Of a stretch of 58,395 bases of DNA, positions 19,091 through 27,280 are shown piece after piece. Position 1 is the stretch's first letter. The number at the start of each line of letters is the position of its first letter. The position numbers and the translations under genes are program-made. Source of the stretch: a virus (lineage: Duplodnaviria; Caudoviricetes); IMG/VR virus record IMGVR_UViG_3300033141_005199, positions 1 through 58,395 of that record; one strand, 5' to 3'. The notes under the pieces were generated by a model. The model searched no databases and was not told the origin of the DNA. It saw only the letters and a list, made by a program, of their open reading frames with translations.

Positions 19091-19176
19091 GCGCATCGTT
19101 ATATGTGCGTGCACGCGTTAAGTGAATTTGTAGACGACGTGGGGGGTAAGACCTTGTGGATGCGTAGGCACCCCCA
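19091..19176 (+). ncRNA. Candidate structured small RNA 1
   Basis: TTTATATA at 19062; no ORF; GCGCATC/GATGCGT 7-bp closing helix or TGGGGG/CCCCCA hairpin. Confidence 0.35.
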
Positions 19177-19212
19177 ATAACATTTAAATATCCTCACACC
19201 AACAATGTTCTA

Positions 19213-19290
19213 GGCTACCGGCGTAGCCCCAGTAGTTAGACCAGCTGGTCAAATGATGCTCATGGAAGTGGGATGGGATGACTGGCTGGC
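19213..19290 (+). ncRNA. Candidate structured small RNA 2
   Basis: TTTAAATA at 19183; GGCTAC/GTAGCC hairpin, CCAG.AGTTA/TGACT..CTGG stem, CTCAT-GGAA-GTGGG GNRA hairpin. Confidence 0.4.
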
Positions 19291-19299
19291 ATACATATA

Positions 19300-20157
19300 T
19301 TAAAATATTGACTCACAGTACCTAACTAGGCGACCCAGTAGCCCCCAGCCACCTCTCCGATTCTCCACGCCCCTTGTGACGGCCTCTATGAACGGGTTAA
19401 CATCTATGCTGGTGGGCGTAGGGTACTTCTTATATGGTACGCTGAACGGCTCCAGTATCATGGTGCCCCCGTAGTAAATAAACTTGAACCGTGGAAGAGT
19501 TGAAGCCGCCTCAACAGTGTCCCTGCTCGTACTCTTCTTAAGATAGCTTCTCTCCTCGTAGCTCATCACCCTGCTCAACAAGTAGTTACACCGCCTACGA
19601 TACCTCGTAGCTATCTCGCCGCTAACCGCGGTGGTAACCACTATCGCCGCGAATCTAAGATTCCTCCTTATACTCACAAAGTCCGTGAGGGAGGCCCCAG
19701 CCCAGTCCCGCCTATTAAGGCTGCTGCTGCTCCAGAACGTGTTACCCTCCTCAAGTATAAAAAGGTGAATCGGGGCATCATCTAGGTAATACGGGTTCAC
19801 CTTCACAGCCTCCACGCGTCTATCCCACTGCTCCTTAATAATCCTAGCCGTGAACAGCCGCCTCTCCTCCGGCGTTAACCCGCTTACATCGTAGCATGTA
19901 TCCGCCTCATTCCTAGCGTAGCCCCACTCCCCCTCCTCAACAGTAGCCCTATTAGCCAACGGGCTATCATGGTACCACGCTAGGCTAGGGTCAAACGCCT
20001 GAATAACCCAGCCCCGCCGGCGAGCCTCCTCAGCGATTCTCTTCACGAACACGGTTTTACCGTTCCCAGGCTCCCCCGCGACTATGAGGGGTTTAACCTC
20101 TAAGTCGTCTAGGATTATGTCTATGGGGGGATGCCTGTTTATTAGAGCCACCTCCAC
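19300..20157 (-). CDS. P-loop ATPase, HerA/FtsK/VirD4-like
   Basis: Walker A GEPGNGKT, FDP, Walker B FILEEG, IRRN. Confidence 0.75.
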   Translation of the reverse strand: MEVALINRHPPIDIILDDLEVKPLIVAGEPGNGKTVFVKRIAEEARRRGWVIQAFDPSLAWYHDSPLANRATVEEGEWGYARNEADTCYDVSGLTPEERRLFTARIIKEQWDRRVEAVKVNPYYLDDAPIHLFILEEGNTFWSSSSLNRRDWAGASLTDFVSIRRNLRFAAIVVTTAVSGEIATRYRRRCNYLLSRVMSYEERSYLKKSTSRDTVEAASTLPRFKFIYYGGTMILEPFSVPYKKYPTPTSIDVNPFIEAVTRGVENRRGGWGLLGRLVRYCESIF

Positions 20158-20292
20158 TTATCGTATTGCTCCAGCGTCTCGATGACTATGTCTGGCTCAT
20201 CTGAGTCCAGCAGCTTGGTTAACGCGTCTACCTCCAATGTTTTATCATAGTCGTAGACGGTTACCTGTATCTGTGGTCCCTGTGCAGTCACT

Positions 20293-20487
20293 CTACGCTT
20301 CCCCTATGCCCCGTTGACGCTGTAGCCACGCGTCGTCACATGTCTCCGTGACCCGCCTACACTGTGGGCAATACTTCCTGCTGGGTAGGCTACGCGTAGG
20401 CGGTATGCTTGTCAGCCACATACCGCACTCTGAGCAATATAAGTCATACATGTCGCCTATTTTCCTCCACATAGTATAAGGCGTCAT
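20293..20487 (-). CDS. Small Zn-ribbon protein
   Basis: CSECG...YCPQC. Confidence 0.65.
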   Translation of the reverse strand: MTPYTMWRKIGDMYDLYCSECGMWLTSIPPTRSLPSRKYCPQCRRVTETCDDAWLQRQRGIGEA

Positions 20488-20560
20488 ACGTATTTAAGCT
20501 TTATGAAGCAGATGGATGCTCCGAAAAAAATGGGGTTTACTCTGTAATGGGGAACGGTTT

Positions 20561-20680
20561 TCACCGTCTACGGTTCGATCCTCTTCCGCTTCTCCTAGTG
20601 GCTGTGCATCCTCCGCGTCCACGGTTAGCCCGTACTCCGCGGCCTGACCCGTCTCGTTTAGGCACTCCTCTCTTAGCCAT
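20561..20680 (-). CDS. 39-aa Arg/Gly-rich basic peptide
   Basis: MAKRGVPKRDGSGRGVRANRGRGGCTATRRSGRGSNRRR; TTTAAATA promoter near 20710-20717 and T-tract downstream. Confidence 0.6.
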   Translation of the reverse strand: MAKRGVPKRDGSGRGVRANRGRGGCTATRRSGRGSNRRR

Positions 20681-20723
20681 CTTTAACCATACCTAAAAAC
20701 ACGTAGCGTTATTTAAACGTATT

Positions 20724-20954
20724 CTACCACTCTGTGCTGTATTCTCTGTCTTCCTCTGGCTCAGGCTCCAGTACGCCGCGTCTAGCGTCCTCTATGAGCC
20801 GTAGAATCATAGCGTATATCGGGTGATCTGTAGCCTCGTAGCCGTGGTGCATTAGGAACCTGTGCTTCATCTCCTCAGCGGTTTTCAGCCTGTGCTTTGA
20901 TTCCTCGACTCGTCTACGCCACGCCTCAACTCTGGACGCGTAGTCTCCGCTCAC
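20724..20954 (-). CDS. Hypothetical protein
   Basis: ORF downstream of PCNA. Confidence 0.6.
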   Translation of the reverse strand: MSGDYASRVEAWRRRVEESKHRLKTAEEMKHRFLMHHGYEATDHPIYAMILRLIEDARRGVLEPEPEEDREYSTEW

Positions 20955-21064
20955 TGTGCCCCAGCTCTCCCTGTGACGAGTCTATACCACCACTTGAGTA
21001 TGGGGGCTATGAAGAATATGAAGCATGTGGTTACCCACACTGCGACTAGTCTAGTCAACTTGAC

Positions 21065-21841
21065 TTAGACTCCTATGCATGGCGCCTGGTAGTAGGTTAG
21101 GCTCCCGATGGGTAACTCAACATCTATCTTTATGGGCATATCGTCCATGAGTTCAACTGTCATCAGGTTGCTGACTTTCGTAGCCTTAGCCATGAAGCCG
21201 CGTAGCCATTCAAGGTCGAAGGTTGCCTCCGCTTTCTCGTCTACGTGGTGCTCCGCTATATGCTCGTTTCCCCTATCCAGTAGGACGCTTTCCTCGTATT
21301 CACTGGAGCCCCCCCATATTCGTAGCCCCTCATCACTCGCCGTAAAGGTGACATGGGTGAGGTTACCCTTATAGTCGTCTAGGATCCGCTTAACTACGTT
21401 GGATGTTAGGCGGGTGCTCGTCTTGTAGAATATCTTGGGGACAGGTAGCTCCTCCTCGGCTACATCGCTTTCAGTTGGGAATTTTTTAACCCGCATTATG
21501 TCACTTATCAGCCTCACGATCAGTTTTTCATCCCCGCCATTTTTAACGTATTGTAGCTTCATCATCCTATCCCGCTTCTTCAGCTTAAGCCCCTTCAACA
21601 GTGTTGGAATATCTACGCTGAAAGCCACATCATCATACACATGATAGACATCGAAAAAGCTACGCGGCAAGTCGAGAATCAACATACATACGTGACTAGG
21701 ATCCATCACCCCCATTTCTAGGCCCTCATAGCTGAAACGCCACACAGGGTCATCTCGTAGCACCCCCACCGTCTCAACTATGTTACGAAACATTAGGGGG
21801 CTACTTACTTCAAGATCAACATCTATGTTTTCTTTTGACAT
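21065..21841 (-). CDS. pcn: PCNA sliding clamp
   Basis: MDPSHVCM, FDVY, TFDLEWL, DMPIKI, LTYYQAP; 258 aa. Confidence 0.93.
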   Translation of the reverse strand: MSKENIDVDLEVSSPLMFRNIVETVGVLRDDPVWRFSYEGLEMGVMDPSHVCMLILDLPRSFFDVYHVYDDVAFSVDIPTLLKGLKLKKRDRMMKLQYVKNGGDEKLIVRLISDIMRVKKFPTESDVAEEELPVPKIFYKTSTRLTSNVVKRILDDYKGNLTHVTFTASDEGLRIWGGSSEYEESVLLDRGNEHIAEHHVDEKAEATFDLEWLRGFMAKATKVSNLMTVELMDDMPIKIDVELPIGSLTYYQAPCIGV

Positions 21842-21842
21842 G

Positions 21843-21915
21843 TTTCATCAATGGTTAAGGAGACGTATTAACTATATAAGTTTTTCCAGTTCATTAACCA
21901 TGAAAAAAGAGAATA
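21843..21915 (-). repeat. Repeated terminator-promoter intergenic unit (copy 2 at about 22325-22402)
   Basis: TTTCATC...TAAG(T/C)TTTTCCA.TTC.TTAA.CAT.(G)AAAAAAGAG.ATAA shared. Confidence 0.65.
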
Positions 21916-21927
21916 ATGTAACTTGGC

Positions 21928-22323
21928 CTAGTTGGTTCTTATGAGGATAAAGCCGTGTTCGGTCTCCTCATAATAGTCATCATACGCTGATAAGAAGTGA
22001 GCGAAACCATCTGATTTGACAGCCTCACGGCTGACGGCTTCAGCGTAGCATTCACCGTCTAGCTTTTCCCACATCATTCTTTGCAAGAAGTTCTTATTAA
22101 ACAATTCTGGCTCTGTTTCCAGATCATCCTCAACTCTGATACGTGCTAACTGCTCTGCTTTTTCCTCATTCTCAAGGACGATGAACTCCTTGTCCTCGTT
22201 TGTGTACACCTCAAAGTAGGGGATCCCCTCAACGTTGATTAAGTTCATATTGTTAACGAACTCGCCTGTAGACTTCTCAACATCGCCTCTCACAGTTTCA
22301 TACTCAAAACCTGCTTCCTTCAT
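21928..22323 (-). CDS. Hypothetical acidic virus protein
   Basis: DGFAHFLSAYD motif; own promoter. Confidence 0.7.
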   Translation of the reverse strand: MKEAGFEYETVRGDVEKSTGEFVNNMNLINVEGIPYFEVYTNEDKEFIVLENEEKAEQLARIRVEDDLETEPELFNKNFLQRMMWEKLDGECYAEAVSREAVKSDGFAHFLSAYDDYYEETEHGFILIRTN

Positions 22324-22408
22324 ATTTCATCGAGAATATAGGGGGCTAGTCAATTATTTAAGCTTTTCCAATTCGTTAAACATAGAAAAAAAAAGAGGAT
22401 AACTTAAC

Positions 22409-22822
22409 TCAATTAATTCTTAAAACGTGAAAATGACTAGCGTCAACGTTTAACGCCGTAAGCATCTTCCTGAGAAGCCCTAGCTGCTCCCGCTCAAGGC
22501 CCCGCTTATAATCCTCATCAGAGTCTGAGGCAACCCCCCACACCCCAGGCGTCTCAACATAGACGGGGATACCTAGCTCAGGGATCAATATCTCAGCCTC
22601 AGCCACACACCCCAACATGATCCAGTCCTCCCCGTATGCCTTGAGGCGTTTCTCGTCATCGCTGATCCATCGCTGTACTTGCTCCGGGTTCTCATCGTAG
22701 TCTTCTTGCGTATATTTCTGAGACGTGATTTTACCGTCAGGGCCGACCGTTGACTTTAGCCATGAGAGATCAGGGTGCTCATCCACACGCCACTTTACGT
22801 TTACCCTACGTAGCTCATTCAC
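22409..22822 (-). CDS. Hypothetical virus protein
   Basis: PDLSWL...GVWGVASDS. Confidence 0.7.
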   Translation of the reverse strand: MNELRRVNVKWRVDEHPDLSWLKSTVGPDGKITSQKYTQEDYDENPEQVQRWISDDEKRLKAYGEDWIMLGCVAEAEILIPELGIPVYVETPGVWGVASDSDEDYKRGLEREQLGLLRKMLTALNVDASHFHVLRIN

Positions 22823-22891
22823 CGGTTACAGGCCTCCCGTTTCACTGTTTCCACCACGGCCACCCACGCAGCGGCGAGAAGTAAGACTAGG

Positions 22892-23134
22892 CTAGTCTGC
22901 ACCCTTAGACCTCTCCTTATCCTTAAGGTGGTTAACGATCCGCGTCATAGCGATCACGGAGCTATAGCACTCGCCTAGGGGGACCCAGAACGTGAGCTCT
23001 TCTCCCGTCTCCTCAACCTGGACACAGTACCGTCTTTTTCCGTCAGGGCTATAACTGGTTATCCTCAACGGTTCATCCAGCGCCCTACTCAACGCCTTAA
23101 CAGCGTTCTCAAGGTTAGATTTACTCAACCTCAT
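22892..23134 (-). CDS. Hypothetical protein
   Basis: Own TATA near 23165-23172. Confidence 0.65.
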   Translation of the reverse strand: MRLSKSNLENAVKALSRALDEPLRITSYSPDGKRRYCVQVEETGEELTFWVPLGECYSSVIAMTRIVNHLKDKERSKGAD

Positions 23135-23216
23135 TCCTTATCCACCACTACAGACACTTGACGCATATAAAAGACTTTCGACTAACTAAAAAAGGGGGAA
23201 GGGGAAAAGAAAACAG

Positions 23217-23525
23217 TCAGCCGGTAATATCCACGTTAACCCCGGGCTCGACACGCATCCACAGCCACCGCCCCCCCGGCTCATCGTAGCCCACCGCCCA
23301 CACCGTCAACGTCTCCAACTCGAGGTAAACCCCCCTATATCCGTAGGGATCAGATAGGTCGAAGTAACGACTGAGGTCAACTAGCCCGTATTTTCTCTGA
23401 GTCCCCTCATCCAGCGGGCCACACCCAGTGCTAAACAATTCTTCATTAATGGGGGCCTCCGCAAGATGCCTTGGGCTCAACACGTTATCACCCTCACGGC
23501 ACCACTCAGTTATCCTAAGCTCCAT
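23217..23525 (-). CDS. Hypothetical protein
   Basis: Own TATA near 23560 and GGTGA RBS. Confidence 0.65.
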   Translation of the reverse strand: MELRITEWCREGDNVLSPRHLAEAPINEELFSTGCGPLDEGTQRKYGLVDLSRYFDLSDPYGYRGVYLELETLTVWAVGYDEPGGRWLWMRVEPGVNVDITG

Positions 23526-23598
23526 ACATCACCACCATGAAGATAGGGACACAGCGAATATATAAAACCATCGATCAAAAAAAGATTATAGAAGGAGA

Positions 23599-23856
23599 TT
23601 ATAGGAGACTGGTCTCAAGCAGACGATCATAAACCACCTGTACATCAACGCAGGCCCTAGTAGCGGGGAGCTCGTAGCGGGGGTCATGGGGAGCCACCAC
23701 GCTACACGTCCCAGCGCTACGGCCCACAGGAAGCATAGTCACAACATCATGCACAGCATACACGTAATACCATCTACGGTTTACCCTCGTCCGCAGCACA
23801 CAGTCAGGATCACGGTACAGGGCCCACGCGATCCGCTCAACACTACGCCTATTCAA
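23599..23856 (-). CDS. Hypothetical protein
   Basis: Operon with 23849-24142. Confidence 0.55.
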   Translation of the reverse strand: MNRRSVERIAWALYRDPDCVLRTRVNRRWYYVYAVHDVVTMLPVGRSAGTCSVVAPHDPRYELPATRACVDVQVVYDRLLETSLL

Positions 23857-24142
23857 CGGGGAAAAACTCCCTATTATCAGCCACAGCCTTCAACGCCCAC
23901 AGCAGCCCCCTGTAAGCATCCCCACGGCACCGGTAACCCTTCCCGCTTTTCTGAACAAGCCCATTATAAACCCAGTAACGCCACCACCGGCCACAACGCA
24001 TCACAGCCGCCACACAGCCCCCAGGATGCACCCACCGAGTATGATCCTCAACATCATAACCACGGGTAAACCCCATGTGCTCCGGAGTCCTCAACCCAAG
24101 ACGCTCAAAATCCCAATCACCAAGCTCAACCATACACATCAA
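23849..24142 (-). CDS. Hypothetical protein
   Basis: First gene after the TATA at about 24173-24181. Confidence 0.6.
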   Translation of the reverse strand: MMCMVELGDWDFERLGLRTPEHMGFTRGYDVEDHTRWVHPGGCVAAVMRCGRWWRYWVYNGLVQKSGKGYRCRGDAYRGLLWALKAVADNREFFPVE

Positions 24143-24144
24143 AC

Positions 24145-24520
24145 ATCACCGAATAAACCATACAGCCAACACATATATAAACCCACCGAACACACCCAAA
24201 ACCAAACAACCAAACCATAACAAGAAAAACCCACACCCATAAACCACGTCATAAAAACCAACCACACACCACACCATAAAAACCACGCCTAAAAACCCAC
24301 ACCTAAAACCTATCTTAAAACCTAGCTCCTTACCCTGTGTATGTGTTTCTCTATGGTGTGTTTGCTCTGCTATGTATGTTATGTATGGGTACGGTGTACG
24401 GGTGTATTATCTGTTTTCTATTATCTGTCGTATATGTTGTATGTATGGGGGGGTTGGTGTAGAAGGGTGTTTAAAAACTGGTTGTTTATTTATTTGAATC
24501 TGTTTGGGGGTGTGTTTGGG
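24145..24520. repeat. Low-complexity AC-rich tract switching to a GT-rich tract at about 24330
   Basis: (T)AAAAACCAC-like units, then TATGT/GGTGT units. Confidence 0.8.
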
Positions 24521-24640
24521 CCCTGTATTTGGCTAGTCTCTGTTCCTCACGTAGCTCTAGGCACCGTAGGCCGTGTTTACATCTCCAACACTTCATGCTA
24601 TACGCGTTATATTCTCCGAGGCACTTAGGCGTAGGCGTAG

Positions 24641-24898
24641 TCACTGTGTCGCCTCCCTGATGCTCTGCCGGCGGAAAGCCCTAATAGCCTGCTCCAAGTC
24701 CTTAAGCCACTTCTCAAACTCCTCGTCACCCATAAGGTGCCAATGAGATATGTAGTCGCGGCCTCCCCCCGGTCGGTCTACGCGCTCCGTTTTCACTATG
24801 AGGCTATGCCTGTTAACCTCAATACACTTGAAACGATAATTCACCCCGCTATCAACTCCTCGTAGTATTCCCGGGCCTCGCCTAGACTCTCGAAGCAC
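24641..24898 (-). CDS. Hypothetical protein (start probably GTG near 24844)
   Basis: Member of the compact operon at 24487-25530. Confidence 0.55.
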   Translation of the reverse strand: MLRESRRGPGILRGVDSGVNYRFKCIEVNRHSLIVKTERVDRPGGGRDYISHWHLMGDEEFEKWLKDLEQAIRAFRRQSIREATQ

Positions 24899-25185
24899 CG
24901 GCCCAGCTTAATCTCGGACCCGAATGTCCGGCCACGTAGACGTAGCACAGATACACCGTAGAGCTTATGTCCCAGGAATTCGCCCTCACTGAGCTCAACC
25001 ACCCGATTATATGTAGCCTTATACTCCAGGACATTAGGGGTTATAAGATTGTAGTGTGTCCGCAGCCAGCTGCGATACTGATCCTCAACCCATTTCGCCT
25101 GCTGCTCCTCGCAGTACTCTACGAAGGGCCTATACCTCTCAACCTGTTCGGCCAACGGGCTACGCCACACAAACTTATCACTCAC
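24841..25185 (-). CDS. Hypothetical protein
   Basis: NLITPNVLEY...VELSEGEFLG..LYGVSV. Confidence 0.65.
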   Translation of the reverse strand: MSDKFVWRSPLAEQVERYRPFVEYCEEQQAKWVEDQYRSWLRTHYNLITPNVLEYKATYNRVVELSEGEFLGHKLYGVSVLRLRGRTFGSEIKLGRCFESLGEAREYYEELIAG

Positions 25186-25187
25186 CC

Positions 25188-25370
25188 TTAGACCTCCTCC
25201 ATGTAGGCGAAGGATACATCCGCCAACGGATACCGTCCCCGCATATACTCCAGCAACCTAACCCTAGTTTCAGGGGAAACCTCACCCATACATCCATGTA
25301 CCCGTATATGAGCGTAACGAGGCTGATCCTCGCCCTCCCACTCCAGCCGATACCACAGCAACGTAGTCAC
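25188..25370 (-). CDS. Hypothetical protein
   Basis: Operon context. Confidence 0.55.
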   Translation of the reverse strand: MTTLLWYRLEWEGEDQPRYAHIRVHGCMGEVSPETRVRLLEYMRGRYPLADVSFAYMEEV

Positions 25371-25589
25371 CGTCTACGCCCTCCAGCCGGCACATCACCA
25401 CAGCGCGGACACTCATAGCCCCACACCGTATCATATCGCCCACCCGGCCCCCGCACCAACAGGGTCCAAGCAGGCCCACCACACCGGGGACACTCCGCAT
25501 CCCCATATCCCACAGGCTTCTTCTTCATCTTGTTTTTCACCGACCCCCCCTAGGCCCCCCGGGGATTTAAGCTTTCCCCCAATAGTCTA

Positions 25590-25871
25590 CATACACCTAT
25601 ATAGACCTATATAGACGAAAACCCCGAAAAAAGCCCCACTCCACAAAACAGAGCCAAGGAAAAAATATGACAACAAAGACTGAAACCTCCGCTATGGACT
25701 AGTTTTGTTTTGACGGGGTTTGGGTTTCTCTGGTGTTTATGGTTTTTGACGGTTTTTGGGTTGTGTTGGTGTTATGGTTTTCTGATGGTTTTTATTGGTT
25801 TCTGTTGTATTGGTTGGTTTGGGGGTATGGTTTATATAGGTGTGTGGTGTATTATGTTGGTGGTGATGTGT
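25590..25871. repeat. Second AC-to-GT low-complexity switch at about 25695
   Basis: CCTATATAGA x2 and AC-rich run, then GGTTTT-rich run ending at TTTATATA. Confidence 0.8.
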
Positions 25872-26030
25872 ATGAGTGGTGAATGTGAGGATTTGGATTA
25901 TGAGGGGTATGTGGCTGTGCTTAGGGCGAGGGTAGCTGAGTTGGAGGGGGAGAACGCGGAGCTAAGTGATCTCGTTAACCGTATGACGCAGCAGTATGAG
26001 GATGAGTTATATGGTTTATATGACTTATAG
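25872..26030 (+). CDS. Small coiled-coil protein (ATG at 25872)
   Basis: MSGECEDLDYEGY...; the upstream part of the track ORF is low-complexity DNA. Confidence 0.55.
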   Translation: MSGECEDLDYEGYVAVLRARVAELEGENAELSDLVNRMTQQYEDELYGLYDL

Positions 26031-26062
26031 ATTTATTCATGTAGTGTGTTGGCGGGGGGTAT

Positions 26063-26767
26063 GTGGTTTTGAGTGAGTCTAGGTGGTTTAGGGTTGTTCA
26101 TAGGTTGCTGTGCGGTGGGTGTATGGGTGAGGTGGATTTGCTTCGCAGCAGGGTTTCTGTGTTGGAGTCTGAGCTGGGTGAGGCTAAGGCTAGGTGCGGG
26201 TTGCTGGAGCTTAGGCTGGATGAGTGCTCCGCTGAGCGTAGTCTGCTGTCTGCGGAGCTCGATGAGGCGAGGCGTAGCCTGGAGTACTCGGAGTGGGCTA
26301 GGCGTAGGGCTGTTGAGGCTGTGTCCGGCTTCGTTAAGCCCCCCGACTACTCTCCGTGGGCTGGGGCTGGCGTCACATATGATCCGTGGGGCGACGAGGA
26401 TCAGCCGCATGCATTATGCTCTATATCGGATAACAGGTACGTGGTGTTCAGCGAGGATGCGTGGGGGAGGATTCTAGACAGGCTCTACGAGTCCATCGAC
26501 GCCTCTACACCCCCATATAGCTCTGAGACGTGGGACTGCGACGACGAATCGTGGATGGCGTACACTGTGCACCGATTAGCATGTGTCCGAGCAGGCTTCA
26601 AATATAGTGGGTGCCTCGGCTACGCTAGGAGCAGGGGTCACGCCTACAACGCATACAGGTGCTCAGACGGTAGGTGGCTCCTCTGGGAGCCTCAGACAGG
26701 TGAAACCGTTGGGAGGCTAGGCGACCACCTCGGCGACAGATACAACACCTATAAGGTGATGATATAA
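26063..26767 (+). CDS. Coiled coil plus papain/transglutaminase-like cysteine protease domain (MOA-lectin C-terminal-like); candidate lysin
   Basis: YSSETWDCDDE, GHAYN, LWEPQT. Confidence 0.6.
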   Translation: MVLSESRWFRVVHRLLCGGCMGEVDLLRSRVSVLESELGEAKARCGLLELRLDECSAERSLLSAELDEARRSLEYSEWARRRAVEAVSGFVKPPDYSPWAGAGVTYDPWGDEDQPHALCSISDNRYVVFSEDAWGRILDRLYESIDASTPPYSSETWDCDDESWMAYTVHRLACVRAGFKYSGCLGYARSRGHAYNAYRCSDGRWLLWEPQTGETVGRLGDHLGDRYNTYKVMI

Positions 26768-26815
26768 ACCCACACAACTCATGACTTTTAATATAAGCTA
26801 AAAAAATTTTGGTGT

Positions 26816-27094
26816 TTACTCACTCTGAGTCTTCGGGTACATGGAGGATAGAAGGTTCTCGATGACGTCACTGGCGCCGTAGCCGAGGGCTAAGGCAGCT
26901 AACTCGGTTCCATCCATGAGCCCGGATATTCCGCCGCCGACGGCGCCTAGGAATAGGAGGCTTATGGTTCTAGGTGTGCTTTCAGGCATTTTGCCGTCGC
27001 GGTATATCTGCACCGCCACCCTTGTTAACGCGCCTATGACTCCGCATGTGACTGACACTGTGAGCGGGTTTGACAGTAAAGCCGTGATACTCAT
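26816..27094 (-). CDS. Small multi-TM membrane protein, holin-like
   Basis: Three Gly-rich hydrophobic segments, ALGYGASDVIENL. Confidence 0.55.
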   Translation of the reverse strand: MSITALLSNPLTVSVTCGVIGALTRVAVQIYRDGKMPESTPRTISLLFLGAVGGGISGLMDGTELAALALGYGASDVIENLLSSMYPKTQSE

Positions 27095-27190
27095 ATCTCA
27101 GTAATGCTCATCACAGTATATAAATATTTCCAGAGGTCTGCGACGCCTACGGGGTAACGTATATAAGACGTGGTTCAACGTATCATACAT

Positions 27191-27256
27191 GGTGCTATGG
27201 GGGCTGGAGTCAAGGCCCGGTAAGGCGAAGTGTGTACTCCGAAGCCTCAGTGCACC
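27191..27256 (+). ncRNA. Candidate long-hairpin RNA or structured 5' leader
   Basis: TATATAAG at 27160; nested GGTGC/GCACC, GGGGCT/AGCCTC, GGAGT/ACTCC, GCC/GGC. Confidence 0.4.
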
Positions 27257-27280
27257 GCATGTCCATCGTGGTGTGTAGTG

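Noticed and set aside
19213-19290. Hammerhead ribozyme or C/D box guide RNA
   Set aside because: TGATG is present, but the CTGATGA/GAAA core and a box D CTGA are not
20540-20600. Possible tRNA (GGTTCGATCC T-loop-like)
   Set aside because: No acceptor, D or anticodon stems; it is the antisense of the basic peptide's 3' end
24341-24628. Hydrophobic ORFs 24341-24628, 24026-24220 and the 5' part of 25710-26030
   Set aside because: Products of low-complexity GT/AC tracts that lack stop codons
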